From Bigelowiella natans CCMP2755 (Eukaryota; Protista; Cercozoa), in the NCBI GenBank assembly GCA_000320545.1, contig ADNK01001330.1, positions 1-47,607 on the forward strand: a stretch of 47,607 bases of DNA, given 5' to 3'. The position numbers and the translations under genes were made by a program. The notes under the pieces are model-generated. The model saw nothing but the letters and a program-made list of their open reading frames with translations. It made no database searches and had not been told where the DNA came from. Positions 26,855 through 40,377 of this stretch are shown one piece after another (positions within the stretch are counted from its first letter, which is position 1; each line of letters starts with the position of its first letter).

Positions 26855-29800
26855 CCGTCGTCAATACCAGCACCACCACTCATCGCTATCAGCACTGCTG
26901 TTGTTTTCGCATTCGTTGTTGTTACTTCTTCGCTCTTCTCGTGTCGGCGCTGACACTTTGATAGTAGAGGCCGATGAGGGCGAAGGGGGTAGCCAGTGTG
27001 GGGTCTAGCTTGGCTGCATGCAGCAACGCCTCGAACGCAAATTTCTGATGGTAATGATTGTGTTGCGAGAAGAAGATGAATGAATAGGGGGATAAAGAAC
27101 AGGAAGGAAAGAAGGGTGCATATCACCAGCTCATACGTGTTGTGCCTCTTCACCCTTTCATTTGTTTTACTCTCCCCCCCCCTCCCCTAGAAAGATCATC
27201 GGCGCATCAACTTTCCTTTTCGTTAGATTGCGGTGGTGGTTGTGTTATGATTCCGCAAGGGCAGTGGGAACTGTTACCTTATCAGTCCATTCGTGACCTC
27301 CTTTTGCACGGTACAGCTGTCCGAGTCGCAGATAATGCATGGCCCCGGAGGGCTCACTCGACAGCGCCCTCTGAGCTGATTCGATCCCCAACCGCAGGTA
27401 TTGGCCTGCTTTTCCTCCTCCTCCTCCTCCTTCTTTTTGTGTCTCTCCATCAACCGCTGCTGCTGCTACCGGAAAGGATGCTGTTGAGAGCGCGCGCCAT
27501 TTGAGGAGGAAGACACGCGACAAAAGGGACGCCGGCCAGTCCGACCAAGGGTATATCGATGCTGCGGCTAATGATGGATTGGGTGGCAACACCGTTCAGA
27601 ATGCCTCCAAGATGGAGATTTACATCTCGATGATGATGGTGGTGGTGGTGGTGGTGGTGATGGTGATGGTGATGGTGATGTGTCGGCATTCACTCATGAT
27701 GACAGTGGGGAGAACAAATCAAGTCAAAGTGCTCGGGACAACATCTCAGAGCTTGTGTAAGTCGTATCCATGCCGCAAGAAATCATAAGAAAGCACAGAA
27801 TACACAGATATCCTCACACATTTGCTACACTACCACCATCATCATCGCTACTACCACTACTTCATCATCATCTTCTTCTTCTTCTTCTTCTTCTTCTTCT
27901 TCTTCTAACACAGCTGCTCAACAGATTGCGCACTACCTTCACATTTACTCGTCGCGCCCTGTATTGCTCGGTCGAATGTCTCCGCATCTCCTTTTTCCAA
28001 AGCGGTCTCGGCTTCCTCAACATCACATTGCGCTTGCTCATGGCGTGCTCGTAGGGCAAGCATGATCGGAATTACATCGGCCCTTCTAGTACCACTTCCA
28101 CTGCTGCCAGTGTCATCACTTCCCCCCCCCCCTCCTAAGCCCTTCCTCTCCTCCTCCTCTTTCCTCACTATCCTTTTAAGAAGGGTCTTGGCCTTATCAC
28201 GGCGTGTTGGTCCTTCATTACGGTATGCAGTGGCTAGAGCCAGCTCCAACCAGTGTTTAAGCGACTCGAACAACCGAGGGGGCGGAGGAAGAGGAGGAGG
28301 GGAAACCGCAGAGCTTTTTTTGGAAGCGACAGCACCGCCATTACCGCTCTTTTTGGCCGCCGTCATAAGTTTCCACAGCTGCAAACCCTGTCGCACGAGG
28401 GCAACTGCGCTGCGCGACTTCCTTCTCAACGCTGCGATGTAAGCTCTTCCCGAGAATGCGGCAAGCTGCGCCACAGAATATGACGACGTCCCATTTTTGC
28501 TACTACCGTGACCAGTATTACTACTACTACCACTGCCCCCATTTTTATCGTTCGGATTCTTGTGACCTCCCTTGCCCTTTGCATCATCGTGTTTGGTGAA
28601 AAACTGTATTTTGCCTCCATCCTGCTCTTGATAATGCGCGAGGAGAACGTCAGCATTGATCATGATTCTCGCCTGCCTCAGGCTATTATTTTTGACAGAG
28701 TTTGGTTGTTGTTGTTGTTGTTGTTGTTGTCGTTGCTGCTCTTGTGAGTGGCGGCACTGCTGAGCTCTTAGCACCCTGATCATCTCGATTTGTGGCAGTA
28801 GGAATCCGAGGCCAAACCAGCCGTTTCTTGACTGGAGAGGGAATGAGTGAGCGAGGCGGGCCAATACACGTCGTGCCTTCCGCAGATGATCTTCGGCATA
28901 ACTGCCATCGGAGCCCACCCCACTTCCGAAGTCCGTGCAGAACTCTACGAGCGTCTCTAATGGTAGGGGGCAGGTTGGATGTGCTCGGCGCATCGCTTCG
29001 CACTCTTCAGCAAGGCTCTTGCGCAGGGAACGAAGAACGAGAAAATCGCCACCACCGTCAAGCGCTTTCTTCTCTGCCACACGAATCTTGGCCACCAGTC
29101 GTGATAGGCGGCGCGCGCGCAGTTGTTCTAAGATGGCGATGTTCTCATCGGAAAGCAGCAGCGAGAGGGAGGAGGCCGCGTCTAATGCTTTTTTGGTCAG
29201 CTCTTCTACGGTTGGAACAGAAAGGCGCTTCTCTTCCAACTCGAACCTAGCGGACTCTCTCTACCAATATGAGTGGAAAGAAGAAGAGGAGGGAGGAGGA
29301 GGAGGAGGAGGAGGAGGAGGAGGAGGAGGAGGAGAAGGAGGAGGAGGAAGGGAGAGGACTTTCAATGGAATGATAGCAAAATTGTGAAGAGAGATGTAAG
29401 GGTGTTGAGTTTATTTGTTACCGCTTTCTCCTCGCTCTTGCCACGCCTCTGCCTCCGGACTGTCTCCTCCTCCACCTCTTTCGTCAGCTCGTTGTCATAG
29501 ATTCCCAGTCCAGCCAACGTCGTGTACAACACAAACAAGAACCGATCCCCTTCTTTAACGTCTTCTTCTCCGTTCTCCGTAAAAAGACCCGTGCCATCAT
29601 TCAGAACCTCCCTCGCTTTCATGTAATCTTGGCCCTCTAAGCATGCACTGGCAAGTGAAAGTGTCGCTTGGGCATGGCGTCCCCCGCCCTTCTTTTTCGT
29701 GCATTGCCAGTATTGCTCCAAAGCCTTTGGTGGTGATGGTAGTAGTGGTATGAGTGTGGTTATCAAAATAACCCAACTAGCGCAAGCACTTCACACCCAA

Positions 29801-30558
29801 TAATTAGTAATATACAGACAAATAATACTACAATGCTGCCATCTGGTCAGTCCTATTCCATTGGACACGCTACTCAGGGCGGTAAAATGACACCATCACC
29901 TCCAATCCAAGCCACACTCACTCACTCACTCACTCACTCACTCACACACTCTTCTGCGCCAACCTGCACTCGTTCCTTCCAAGCTGGCTTCGAACCTCCA
30001 TCGCTCGATATCATACGGCTGTGAACTTCCACCATGTTTTTCCATGCCCTCAGCTTGTCAGGGAAAATCCCCACAGCATCTTGCAATTGGGTCCTGGCGT
30101 CTGCGAGTGCCCCCAATTCCATGAACGCAATTGCTGAATAAACCAACGCCGAGTACAGCGTCTCGTCCTTGACGCCCTCTCGAGACTGCAAACCTTCTGA
30201 GAGACGCTTTGAGACCTATGTATTTGACAGTGTTAGTGATACAATGGCACCTATGTCTCAGGTAGATTCTGCAACTTAACGCTATCTCTTCGTTGTGTCG
30301 TAATAATGATGGCTATTCTCCGCCTCGTAGATGAGGAGTATTCGTGCATGAAAGAATGCGTTATATGTGCACATTGAAGCAAAGATTCATCGTACACGCA
30401 CGAGCAAAGATGGATATTCGGTTGGTTGAAGAAGGGTGAACAAGATCCCAAACCTGCGCATATTTTCCGTCTTCGAGAGCCTTTTTGGCAGCTGCCACCA
30501 GCTTCTTCAGGCTCGATTTCTTCTTTCCCCCGGCAGCAGCCCCGATCTTCTTCGCCAT
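20080..30558 (-). CDS. SKI3: Superkiller complex TPR subunit SKI3/TTC37 (many exons)
   Basis: N-terminus LKKLVAAAKKALEDGKY...YSALVYSAIAFMELG...PDKLRAWK. Central CFQKAL...REAGEALAHIY...AKWAWLLRA...CLQSALRCDPSDAQAWEEIGHVYSTQG|KLTAAAKAFTRA. C-terminal QKAIRLNPKAEVYWNAL. TPR repeats throughout a ~10.5 kb gene. Confidence 0.82.
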
Positions 30559-30875
30559 TTTTTTTGCTGGTGACGAATAGTGCCGTGGTATTCTGGCCAA
30601 CGTAACAACGACCTCGGCTAGAGACACACCAAAGGATACTGCCGATGCACGAAGGGGGGTGGGTGAGTGGAGCCAGTGTTCTTTTCTGGAAAAATGTTAG
30701 GTAGGATATATTTCGTATAATTTATTTCCTAATAACGACTGAGGTACACGTTCCCACACTAATAGTCCACCACTTGTAAAAATGTTTTTCGCACCTTGGA
30801 TAATTCAGGCTGTTTTTTTAGTCTCGCTCTGACTGCTGTCCGAGCACCTGTCCCATTATTCGCATAACCTCTGAG
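30559..30875. promoter_or_regulatory. Likely bidirectional promoter between SKI3 and the orphan gene
   Basis: Divergent start codons about 317 bp apart with an AT-rich core near 30700-30735. Inferred from geometry only. Confidence 0.45.
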
Positions 30876-32006
30876 ATGGGTGGCTCCACGTCCGCCCCCA
30901 CCCTCCCTCCGCTTCCACCACCTGGAACTCCGTTGGACGTCAATGAGGGGAAATTCGGACCCAATCGGGTAGTGTAGACAATTGTGGCGTCTCTGCACCG
31001 CAAGGGTGTACCTGCATCGCGGCGCTTTGCTTACAACTCCTCATTCTTCTTCCAGGACCCAGACAAAGACTTCCCGAAGCATGATAACGCCAAAAAAGGA
31101 AGATACAATGGGGTATCGTTAGGGTGGTACTTGTTCCATCCCGACTCGAAGGAAGACAACCGCCTCTCCTTAACCAGTATGTGAAGCCAAGCGCACCGCA
31201 CCGCAGCCTTGTAGTTCTGTACAGCCCATACTGCATTGATGTGTTTGGCTTGGTTCCTTGTGTAAAGCAGCGCAGTGTTAGCAATGAGATTGCATTTTAT
31301 CATCTTATTAGAGGAGCGCGAGCAAGTCCTTGCTACATGTAAGAAAGTAGATAAGTACATGGGACTCTCGGAATACGAGGTAGCACATGCGACCACGTCA
31401 AGCTACTGTATCAATGTTGGATCCTGGCATGCATTTACTTATTTCTCAGGTACAGCCTCAGATCGAACGCGTTACTAGGGGGGTGCAAGCATTACAGAAA
31501 GAGGCCAAATCAACCAAGATCACTGGCGCGCAAATCAAAGCGTTTCGCGACGGAAAGCTGGCAAATGATATCGGTATTGTTCTTGAAAGCGAGTAGGATA
31601 ATACACCTCTAAAACCACCTCCAGACAAAATAGTGTACTGTATAATTTTTGGTGCCTTAATTCAGCTCAGACAGCTTCCAGCTGCAAACGTTTGCGGGAC
31701 GGATGGCCATCAATCGAGGAGGAAATGAATGAAAGTTTCAACGTGTGCAAACGGAACGGTTTCGAAGGTGGAATTCGGGATGGCCAGCTTGTACTCGACG
31801 AGGACAGCAATAAGACAGAAGAGTGCCGAAAGATCTTCTCACGGTACATTGGTGTGATTGTCGAATAATCGTCGGCGTAACTCCTTGCTTTCAGGTTGCT
31901 TATTATGAAGACGAACATACAGCAAAAGCTGCAAACCCCACAATCAGGCTGCCAGCTAATAGACCTTCTCGAAGCCATGGTCAACGCTGGGAAAGGTGAT
32001 AAGTAG
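30876..32006 (+). CDS. Hypothetical protein with putative N-myristoylation signal (about 6 exons)
   Basis: MGGSTSAPTLPPLPPPG...PNR|DPDKDFPKH...|MLAMRLHFIILLEER...|VQPQIERV...|...CKRLRDGWPSIEEE...|LLIMKTNIQQKL...GKGDK*. The exons join through phase-compatible GT-AG introns. No family recognised. Confidence 0.6.
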
Positions 32007-32861
32007 GGACTTTTTTCTTACCGAAATTACTCACAAGGACCGCGGTGGAAGCTTTTTCCAGGAGGATTTGGCAGTCGCCAATTCCAACAGTAGACACAAC
32101 GTGTATACTACTGTGTCTGTAGTAGGGATGCCTGTGTCCGCACACTAAAAACCTAACATCGGTCATCATGTATGAACCCATGCATGGCCTAAGCATTTGT
32201 GGCCCGTTTCGCATACGTAGGATGTTAGTCCATCATGGAGGTTATTATACGCTGACAACAGGATCATGCTAAATAAATGCTATGCCCTACTGACAGCCTG
32301 GCTGACATTGCACCGCCTTGCAGGCGCTACGATACCCATATACTGTTACGCACGCGAAATACTATATACTCAGTGTACACGCGCTATCACCGCAATGCGC
32401 TGCACTAGTAGTCCATCGTGTGACTACGTACCTAGCGACTCATATAATCATGTTACAATAGCGATATGAGGTGGATAGCGATGTAATGAATGTGTTAGTT
32501 TTTGTCAATTGTCACGCCTAGTGTAGCTTTGCAATAGCCAATGTGGATTGTAGTAATACCTATGCATTGCCGCAGCCATATGCATAATCTAGTGATGCTA
32601 GAATGGTAATTTATACGGTAATGCGATACATATATAGATACCTAGACACATACAGTAAATGGAGCGATTGAATGCGTATTACAGTCTAGCGGTGGGGGAT
32701 ACCCGCTACGCCGCGCGCGTGGCTGCGCGCAAGCCATTCAAGCGTTACGAGCAGAAGCATGCAAATAATTTACATACAGGTCTATCTTTTTTATGCCTTT
32801 ATTGCTTTGGATAAATTTTAAAAATTTCGCGCGCAATCCGTATGATCTATCGAACCTTGCT

Positions 32862-33942
32862 TTAACCATTTAATAATTCTCGGGAGTGTTCCCTACTGTT
32901 GTCCAAAGCAGAAGGCGTCCGTATCCTGCCGATCGGTGCAGACGCCAATCTACCTGCGCGACGAAATGGGAATACCCTTCCTACCACCTAAGATAGCATC
33001 ACATAGAAACATGTATTATCGTTCCTCCACCTCGATATTGTTGATCAAATCACCTTCCCAACCAGGAGTCCGTTCGGTATAGGTCCGTAGTGGCGAGAAT
33101 CTATTGAATCATTAGCGTTGTCCCCCTCAACCCACACAGCTCCAGGCGGCACGGTTACCCTTAAAAATTAATGGTAATAATCCACTGCATTAAGGGACCC
33201 TTTCCTCACGTATAAATTAAAGCTATCAACAATTTTAGCTGATCCTACATGCGTCTGCCGCAGCGAATCACGTCGCCGTCCACACCATGAATACGCTGAA
33301 CAGAAAGGGGTGAGGCAGTATCTAGAATATGTCCCTTCAATGTGCCTTACCTTGCACAGAAATTGCGACTTGTTACGGGGCGATCTGATGTTCGGTTTCA
33401 TTTACTTCGTGGAGGGATCGGAAACTGTTTTCACATACCTGCAGATTATCACGTCTCCGACCCGAAATCGCTTGAATAGCAGCGAGACCTTTTCGTAGAA
33501 TACATAGTCGCCCTTCTCCTTCAAAGTCGGGATCATAGAGGGACCTTCAACGTGCGTGATTGCGCCAAAAAATCTACGCATCAACAAGCCAGATGCTAGG
33601 CCTGACACAGAAATGAGCTAACATCACTATCAGATTCTCTTGAAATCGAACGGGCAGCAAGCCACCTATGAGTGGCGCGGAGAGAAAAGATGCCACTTCT
33701 TGTTGCACTGGCTGCAGTTTGAATCCATTCTCGATCTGTGGCTACATATCATGAGCAGCAAGTTTACGAACAGTATTTCGACGAACGAAACACACGCAAA
33801 ACTGTGCATGCTTTGCGCCAGCATCAGCTTTTCTCAACCCTACATCTAACCCTCGTACCCTTGCAGCGATGGTAGAAATACTGGTGAGGAGGCTGAGGAT
33901 GACAAGGCGGCCTGTCACAAGCCCAGGAGCACCACCAGCCAT
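32862..33942 (-). CDS. IMP1: Peptidase S26, mitochondrial inner membrane protease IMP1/IMP2-like
   Basis: VEGPSMIPTL (catalytic Ser), GDVIIC|RSP...LCK|RIHGVDGD (catalytic Lys), VPPGAVWVEGDNANDSIDSRHYGPIPNGLLVGK|VVGRVFP. The 5' exons are tentative. Confidence 0.85.
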
Positions 33943-34031
33943 GGGGGCCGTGGACAGACCGGGACCGACGCGGCGTGAGCGACGACGGGTTGGAAAATGG
34001 TGTGGGGATGCTAGCAGCAAGCAGCAGCAGC

Positions 34032-34065
<34 letters not shown>

Positions 34066-34163
34066 AATGTCAAGAGAGGACAACAAGGCATTTTTTACAG
34101 CCGAAATAAACCGAAATGGAAAGACAGGGAACATTCTGATCATCCAATTTTGCAGCAGCATGG

Positions 34164-35073
34164 ATGAGGAAAGATGGAGCAGAATTGGTGGATAAAACCG
34201 TTAAATCATCGGTAAAATACGCAAAAATAAACTGTAACCAGTGCAGTGTGCAACCACGTCGTCTGGCCCGGCCCACCCCTTCTTTGAAACGACTTCAGGG
34301 TACTCTTACACATCTGCCCCATGGGCGCTTCGCTGACAGATTGTTCAGGGGTAATTGTTCGATGTGTACTAGTTCTTCTCCACTTGACTCCTACCACAAT
34401 ATCAAGCAGAGAATGCTTTTCTTTCGGGCAGTCGAAAAGGGGGACCTTGAAACAGTGAAGCAGAACGTTCGCTCCTAACATTGCGGGATAGAGAAAACTA
34501 CATGTCTGAGAGAAAATGTGTACACTGTTATGGTTTAGGTGGAAAGAATAGGCTCTCTGGACTTCCATGATGAGGGAACAGGGTAAAGGAGGTGTTAGTT
34601 GCATTTACGAAAGCATTGACTTACTACTTGGTTGGAATGATGCTCAGATACTCTCCTTTGATGGCTGCTTCAGTTGTTGGAAGAGGGGATTTCTTCACGA
34701 TAGCTAAAATCTTGCTTGAAAATAACGTGCGGCTCATCGTTAACTCTGAGTGCTTTACAAGGGACTCCTTTGAGTTATTATGTATCTGTATCAGGCTTCA
34801 GTAGACCTGAAAGATAACAAAGGACAAACAAGGTTGACTTGACCGTCTTGAATTAAATCTCGTATCTCTGTCTAAATTGTTGGGTTTTTTTGCAGCCTCT
34901 TTCTTGCTTCGCTTGGTGGCCACATTGATTTGGTAAAGCTTCTCATCAAACGTGGAGCAGGTGCTTTTCGCAGTCTCCTCTGTCTTCCTTTGATTGATGT
35001 TTATCTTTGTGCATCAGATGTAAATATCGTGACAAATGAAGGGTAAGAATACAACATTCACACAATTCACACA

Positions 35074-35113
<40 letters not shown>

Positions 35114-35117
35114 TGTA

Positions 35118-35158
<41 letters not shown>

Positions 35159-35192
35159 ACTACACTTTACTTAATATACATATTTACTCAAC

Positions 35193-35239
<47 letters not shown>

Positions 35240-35714
35240 ATGTATATTATATTATGTGTATGTATGTGTGGTATGCGTGTCTGCTTGTCAAATTCCTCTA
35301 TCTATTAGTAATTGTTTGAGGTATCGATAATACTTTGTTGGATTTGCTGATAGATATTCTCCATTCTACGCTGCATGCTGGAGGAATCGACTCGAAGTTG
35401 CAAAGGTTCTTCAGCTTCGGCACGAAACTTCTTTTTTTTTCGTGTGCATCATCGTCCCACAACAATCGTAGGTTCTACATAAGGCAGGAGCAAACGCCAA
35501 TCATGAGGCGCCAGATGGGACAAATGCCCTCTCAATTGCAAAAGTAAAAAAAAATCAGTTGGATATGCAATGGATAAGGACCTCATTTTCCGATGCGATT
35601 GTATTCTTGACATAGGAATGGAGTGCCGACAAAGTAGTTAAATATCTGGAGGACAGCTTAAAGCTTGAGCATAAAGCCAAAGCTGAGCTTGCGATTTCAG
35701 GCATGCAACATTGA
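34164..35714 (+). CDS. Ankyrin-repeat protein (many short exons; start uncertain)
   Basis: FFRAVEKGDLETVK, G|YSPLMAAS...IAKILLEN|ASVDLKDNKGQT|SLFLASLGGHIDLVKLLIKRGA|DVNIVTNEG|YSPFYAACWRNRLEVAK|VLHKAGANANHEAPDGTNALSIAK. Confidence 0.85.
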
Positions 35715-35952
35715 TGTTGCATCCATCGCTGTTTGACCCGTTGTTACCTAGCTGTATAATGAACTGTCTCATCATCATCATCATCATCATCATAGAGAAA
35801 CGGCGATAAGCCGTGAGAACTGAAGCATGCAATCTAAATCGAATAAGCTCAACTCCTGCCTATTCTTCGTATGTAATTGATTTGAAATGAATGGAATTCC
35901 GCGGATATTATTCATTGCATGCTTCTTTCTTGCCTATACTAGTATATATGAC

Positions 35953-36031
<79 letters not shown>

Positions 36032-36090
36032 TATATGTGTACACATATATATGAGACGGATGTAATGAAGAATTAAATTTTTTCAATGGT

Positions 36091-36126
<36 letters not shown>

Positions 36127-36704
36127 TATATGTGTGTGTGCGCGCTAGCGCGCATGGAAGTCCACCGTACATGTGCCAATAAAGTTCCGGAAACTAGCAC
36201 GCAGCATGAGCGAGGCGTACGTGCGACATGCATGTATTGCGCAGCAGCAGCCTGGATCATATGTTAATATATAGCTACTTATACTGGCTACGTAAGTATA
36301 GCTGATAACGACATGTCATTTAATTGTAGCAGCAAGTACATCTAGACATCACAGCGCATGCTTTACATATTATTATAATAATATACGTATGATGCCTACT
36401 ACCTAGACTACCATGCAAGACTACATGCATATAGATCGATTTGCTTGGGTTATATTAGCAGGCATATCTAGCATATCTAGATATATGCATCCACATTCGT
36501 TCAGGCGGCATCTGCATGCCGTAGGTAACTTGTCGATCATGCACAGCACAGCTGTGGCGTCATTGGAAAAGCGCGCGTGTAGACTAGTAGAGCCGTGCGC
36601 GCGCGCATGCGGCTCGTCGCAGACACAGATCGACATACACATGCGCCGTGACAAAGTTGACAAGTACAACTGACACAGTCATCACATGACCTTCGCAATA
36701 TGTT

Positions 36705-37176
36705 CTAATTTGTGTTTATTTGCCTGGACCTTCAACAGGACAACTCTTCTCGTTTTTAATATAATTTCACACGCAGTATCGATAAGATTTAAACTTGTCG
36801 TGTAAAAGTCTTAACAAACTTATGGTCAAGCATGTGCGATGAACTTGCCACCGCCTTATTATGTGCACATCACTAACCTGTGGCAACAGCTGCCAGAGAG
36901 ATCTTATACTCAACTTCAATCGCTCTCTGATATTAGCACTCGAATAAGTGCCAGGAAAAAATCTTGAGAAATATCAAGTAAACTCACATACCTTTTCGGA
37001 CTTCATTTCCCGTCTGGCTGCTGCTTTGTCGTCGTTGGTCATCTTGGCTCCGTGGTGCCGAAACTGGGCGGACCAGAAAGTCTCCAAACGTCGTAGACGC
37101 ATCTCATACATACGTTTAAGTCGAAGCTTTTCAGAATGAACCTGAGTAGTTTATATAAATATATACACAATATATA

Positions 37177-37218
<42 letters not shown>

Positions 37219-37325
37219 ATTATTTTTTCTATTATACCAAATATATTTATACGCTCGCATGCACTTGATTCTACTTATATACGGAGCTGTGTGTTGTGTG
37301 TTAGATACGGAGCTGTGTGTTGTGT

Positions 37326-37368
<43 letters not shown>

Positions 37369-37653
37369 GTGTGTGTGTGTATGTGTGTGTGCATATGAGA
37401 TGTGGTATTACTCCGGTACTCAGCACTTCAAGAGGAATGTCCGAAAAGTATGGTGTCGCTGCATTTATCTTCTTTGCCTGTCATACAGCACACGAATAAT
37501 TCGACTGAATGAGGAAGGAGGAAAGTCAAGAACCTGTGGTGAAAATGTCATCATCTTACCTTCAAGTGTAGCGATGCAGCGTTGTGGTGTTTACTGAAGA
37601 GAGACTGTACAGGAGTATGCACAGGGTCGGGAGGAGGAAAGGGCTTGGAGAAA

Positions 37654-37688
<35 letters not shown>

Positions 37689-39013
37689 CTTTTTACTCTT
37701 ATTCTTTCTGGAGGTCTTCGTTTCATGCGTTCGCTTCCTTTCTCCTCCCTTCACCGCCACCCCCCTCTGTCTCCCTTTACCGATTCTCTCACTCTTCTTC
37801 TCGCGAGCCACCGTGGACACGGGCAAGTGTTCGTCGTTATCATCGTCATCATCGTCCATGCTGCCATCGCCGCCATTGATGAGGTCATGTTCCGCCACCT
37901 CCTTACTTGCAGCCAAATGGCCGTCTTTCTTATGCCCCCCTCCTTCATTCGAGAGAAAGAGCTTTTTCGGCATAAAATCTGCCAGCGCGTTCTTAGCAGC
38001 TGCTCCAGAGGCTGCCGCATCTCCCTTACCTCCGGTCTTCGTTTCATTATGAATGCGGGCCGCTGCAGCCGCCACCACGGGGTTAATAAGAACCGTGCCT
38101 CCTCCGTGGGCAATACCAACAACAGCGTCAGCTTTGCGATTCCTACTGCTGGTGCCGTCTTTGTCTTGGACTGGCGTGCTGATGATGGCATCCGTTGATG
38201 GTGATGCAAATGGTGCAGCAGCAGCAGCAGTAAGGTGCCTGTTCTTCTTATTCTTATTCTTATTCTTCTTCTTCTTCTTGGCAGTCGAGAGTGGGGTGGG
38301 GTTCATCTTCGAGAGATTCTTTGACGGGAGAGAGGGCGTTCCCAGCGCAGCCAGAGTCTGCGCAGTTGTCTTTGCAGCGGCAGGTGTCATCGATGATTTC
38401 CTCTTAGCTGATGATCCAGCTGGCGAGGCCGCAGGAGAGTTATGAGCAGAAGGAAATTGGGTATTTCCCAAGACATTCTCCTTGTTCTCGTGAACACCGA
38501 GCACAGTCTTGGCCTCGCTTCCTCCGTATGATGTAGCAGCAACCGTGGGTTTGGATTTGGGGTTTTTCGTCGTCTTCTTCTTCTTCCCTGCTGACCCAAG
38601 GGGGTTTGCAGGAACTACTCGCTTACCAGCAAGGAGTGGATGATGAGTCTTTTTCTTCAACGCCTTTGCTAGTTGCTCACACTGTATTGCAGTAAAAGAA
38701 CGGCGCCAATTTAGACACAGGGAGCAAGTTTTAGATCATATAAAATCACTGTCGTTGTCATTGTTGTCGTAGATAATATGTTCGGCCTATTCATTGCTGC
38801 AGTAGTTGTCAACATGGCAGAATAAAAGAATACCTGGTATCCAGTGCGCCCAAGAATGTTCATGGAAAAAAGACCCCACTTTGGACCCTTAATCGGATGT
38901 GTCTGTCGTGCACCAAATATTGTTAGCTTGTGGTGAATCCGTGCGGCCAAGCACATGTGCGCATACACACTCAATTGACGACATCCACACACATACACAC
39001 ATACACACAAACG

Positions 39014-39058
<45 letters not shown>

Positions 39059-39959
39059 GATAATAATGCCCCGACATATGTCTATGTGTCATTCGTTCAC
39101 AGAAATTGCAAGTAGAAACGATGTTGCACAGAAAGATTATGAGTTGCTTACCTTGATAAGATATTTGAAGCTTCGAATCTCATTTTTGGTCCATTGTGAC
39201 GTGTTCACCTTGTCCCCTGAGATAGATGTAGTCGTTAAAACAATTGCCCCATGTTTGGTTTGAAACCTCTGCGTTATCCAACATATACAAAAGCGACCTG
39301 GAAGGGTGTAATAATAATAATACGAATTCGGATCAATGGGTATCTTGTCCCATCTTTGCTGTCTATCCTCACTCCAGCTTAGGTACGCCTCTGGCCTCCA
39401 GATCTATATTTCATAATAGCGCTTACATTAGTTATCGAAACACAACCATTTACAGATCCTTAGATACCTCTCTCCTCATGAGACCGTTGTAGCTCTTCTT
39501 CTTCTTTTTCTTCTTTTCAGCCTTCGCTGCTCCGGTTTCTCGTCTGAATGGCCGTCCTCTTCTTCTCTTCCTTTTGCTTGTACTAGCTTCGACGATCTTG
39601 CTGCTTACGACAGCTTGTGCTACTACTTCCGCCGTAGGGGTCATATCGACGTGCATACCACTCTTTAACTCTACCTCCATGGTCTTCGCTGTGAGTAGTA
39701 GTTGTGAACTATTAGAGCCGGATTCTAAAGTGATAAGATTTTTTGTACAAGTCACATAGTCTCATATGATGGTACCGTTTTCATTCGAAGACTCCCCTTC
39801 CGTATAATTTCCGAGGTTCAGAACGACGTCTGGTTTCTCTTTGTTCTCTGTGTCACGGTGAAGGGGTGGTGAGAGAAGTGAACCAAAAAGATCTCACCGT
39901 AAGAATTAGCAAGTTAGACGGGAAGTACCGCCTTGAAGCGGATGAGAAGGCGCTGACAT
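36705..39959 (-). CDS. Myb/SANT-domain protein of the mybX type, with an AT-hook-like motif and a long low-complexity basic region
   Basis: Spliced IWRPEAYLSWSEDRQQRWDKIPIDPNSYYYYYTLPG|DKVNTSQWTKNEIRSFKYLIK|THPIKGPKWGLFSMNILGRTGYQ|CEQLAKAL, preceded by RKRRRGRPFRR. Large exon in ORF 37551-38660. Terminal coordinates are approximate. Confidence 0.72.
37278..37328. repeat. Intronic 26-bp-period duplication (ATACGGAGCTGTGTGTTGTGTGTT x2)
   Basis: Directly visible. Confidence 0.85.
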
Positions 39960-40377
39960 TGCGTTTTGCAAATTATTGAATGACGAGAAGCTCTCCCGAG
40001 GCTATTGCCTTTTCGTTGCCTTCGGTGATTACGGCACAAGTTATTCGTCAAACACACACATGCATGTGTCATCTCATTCAGATCGTCCAATATGTGCACG
40101 AATTTGAATCTTTCCTTCCGGTTTCACTTCTTTTTTGTGTGTATGTGTGCGCGCGTGCGCGTGAGCAAAATTAATGTGTTATACTCAGAGATAGTTGAAC
40201 ATTGTTGGACCGACTAGTCTACGGGTTCAGCAACATCATCCCACTATTTATTCCGGGATTGACATATTTTATCGATATAATCACTGCGTGGATTACAACC
40301 AATTCAATGCGCGTAATGTTGAAGCAAGTAGAGAGGGAATCAGATCGACGGTCGGGTCAAGGGGGGGTCGGAATGTG

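Noticed and set aside
31031-31396. Minus-strand 121-aa ORF
   Set aside because: It is antisense to a phase-consistent spliced plus-strand gene.
38660-39420. Identification as the p1/p2 subunit of the ciliate 6mA methyltransferase complex
   Set aside because: The motifs match the mybX-type domain, not the p1/p2 sequences as I recall them.
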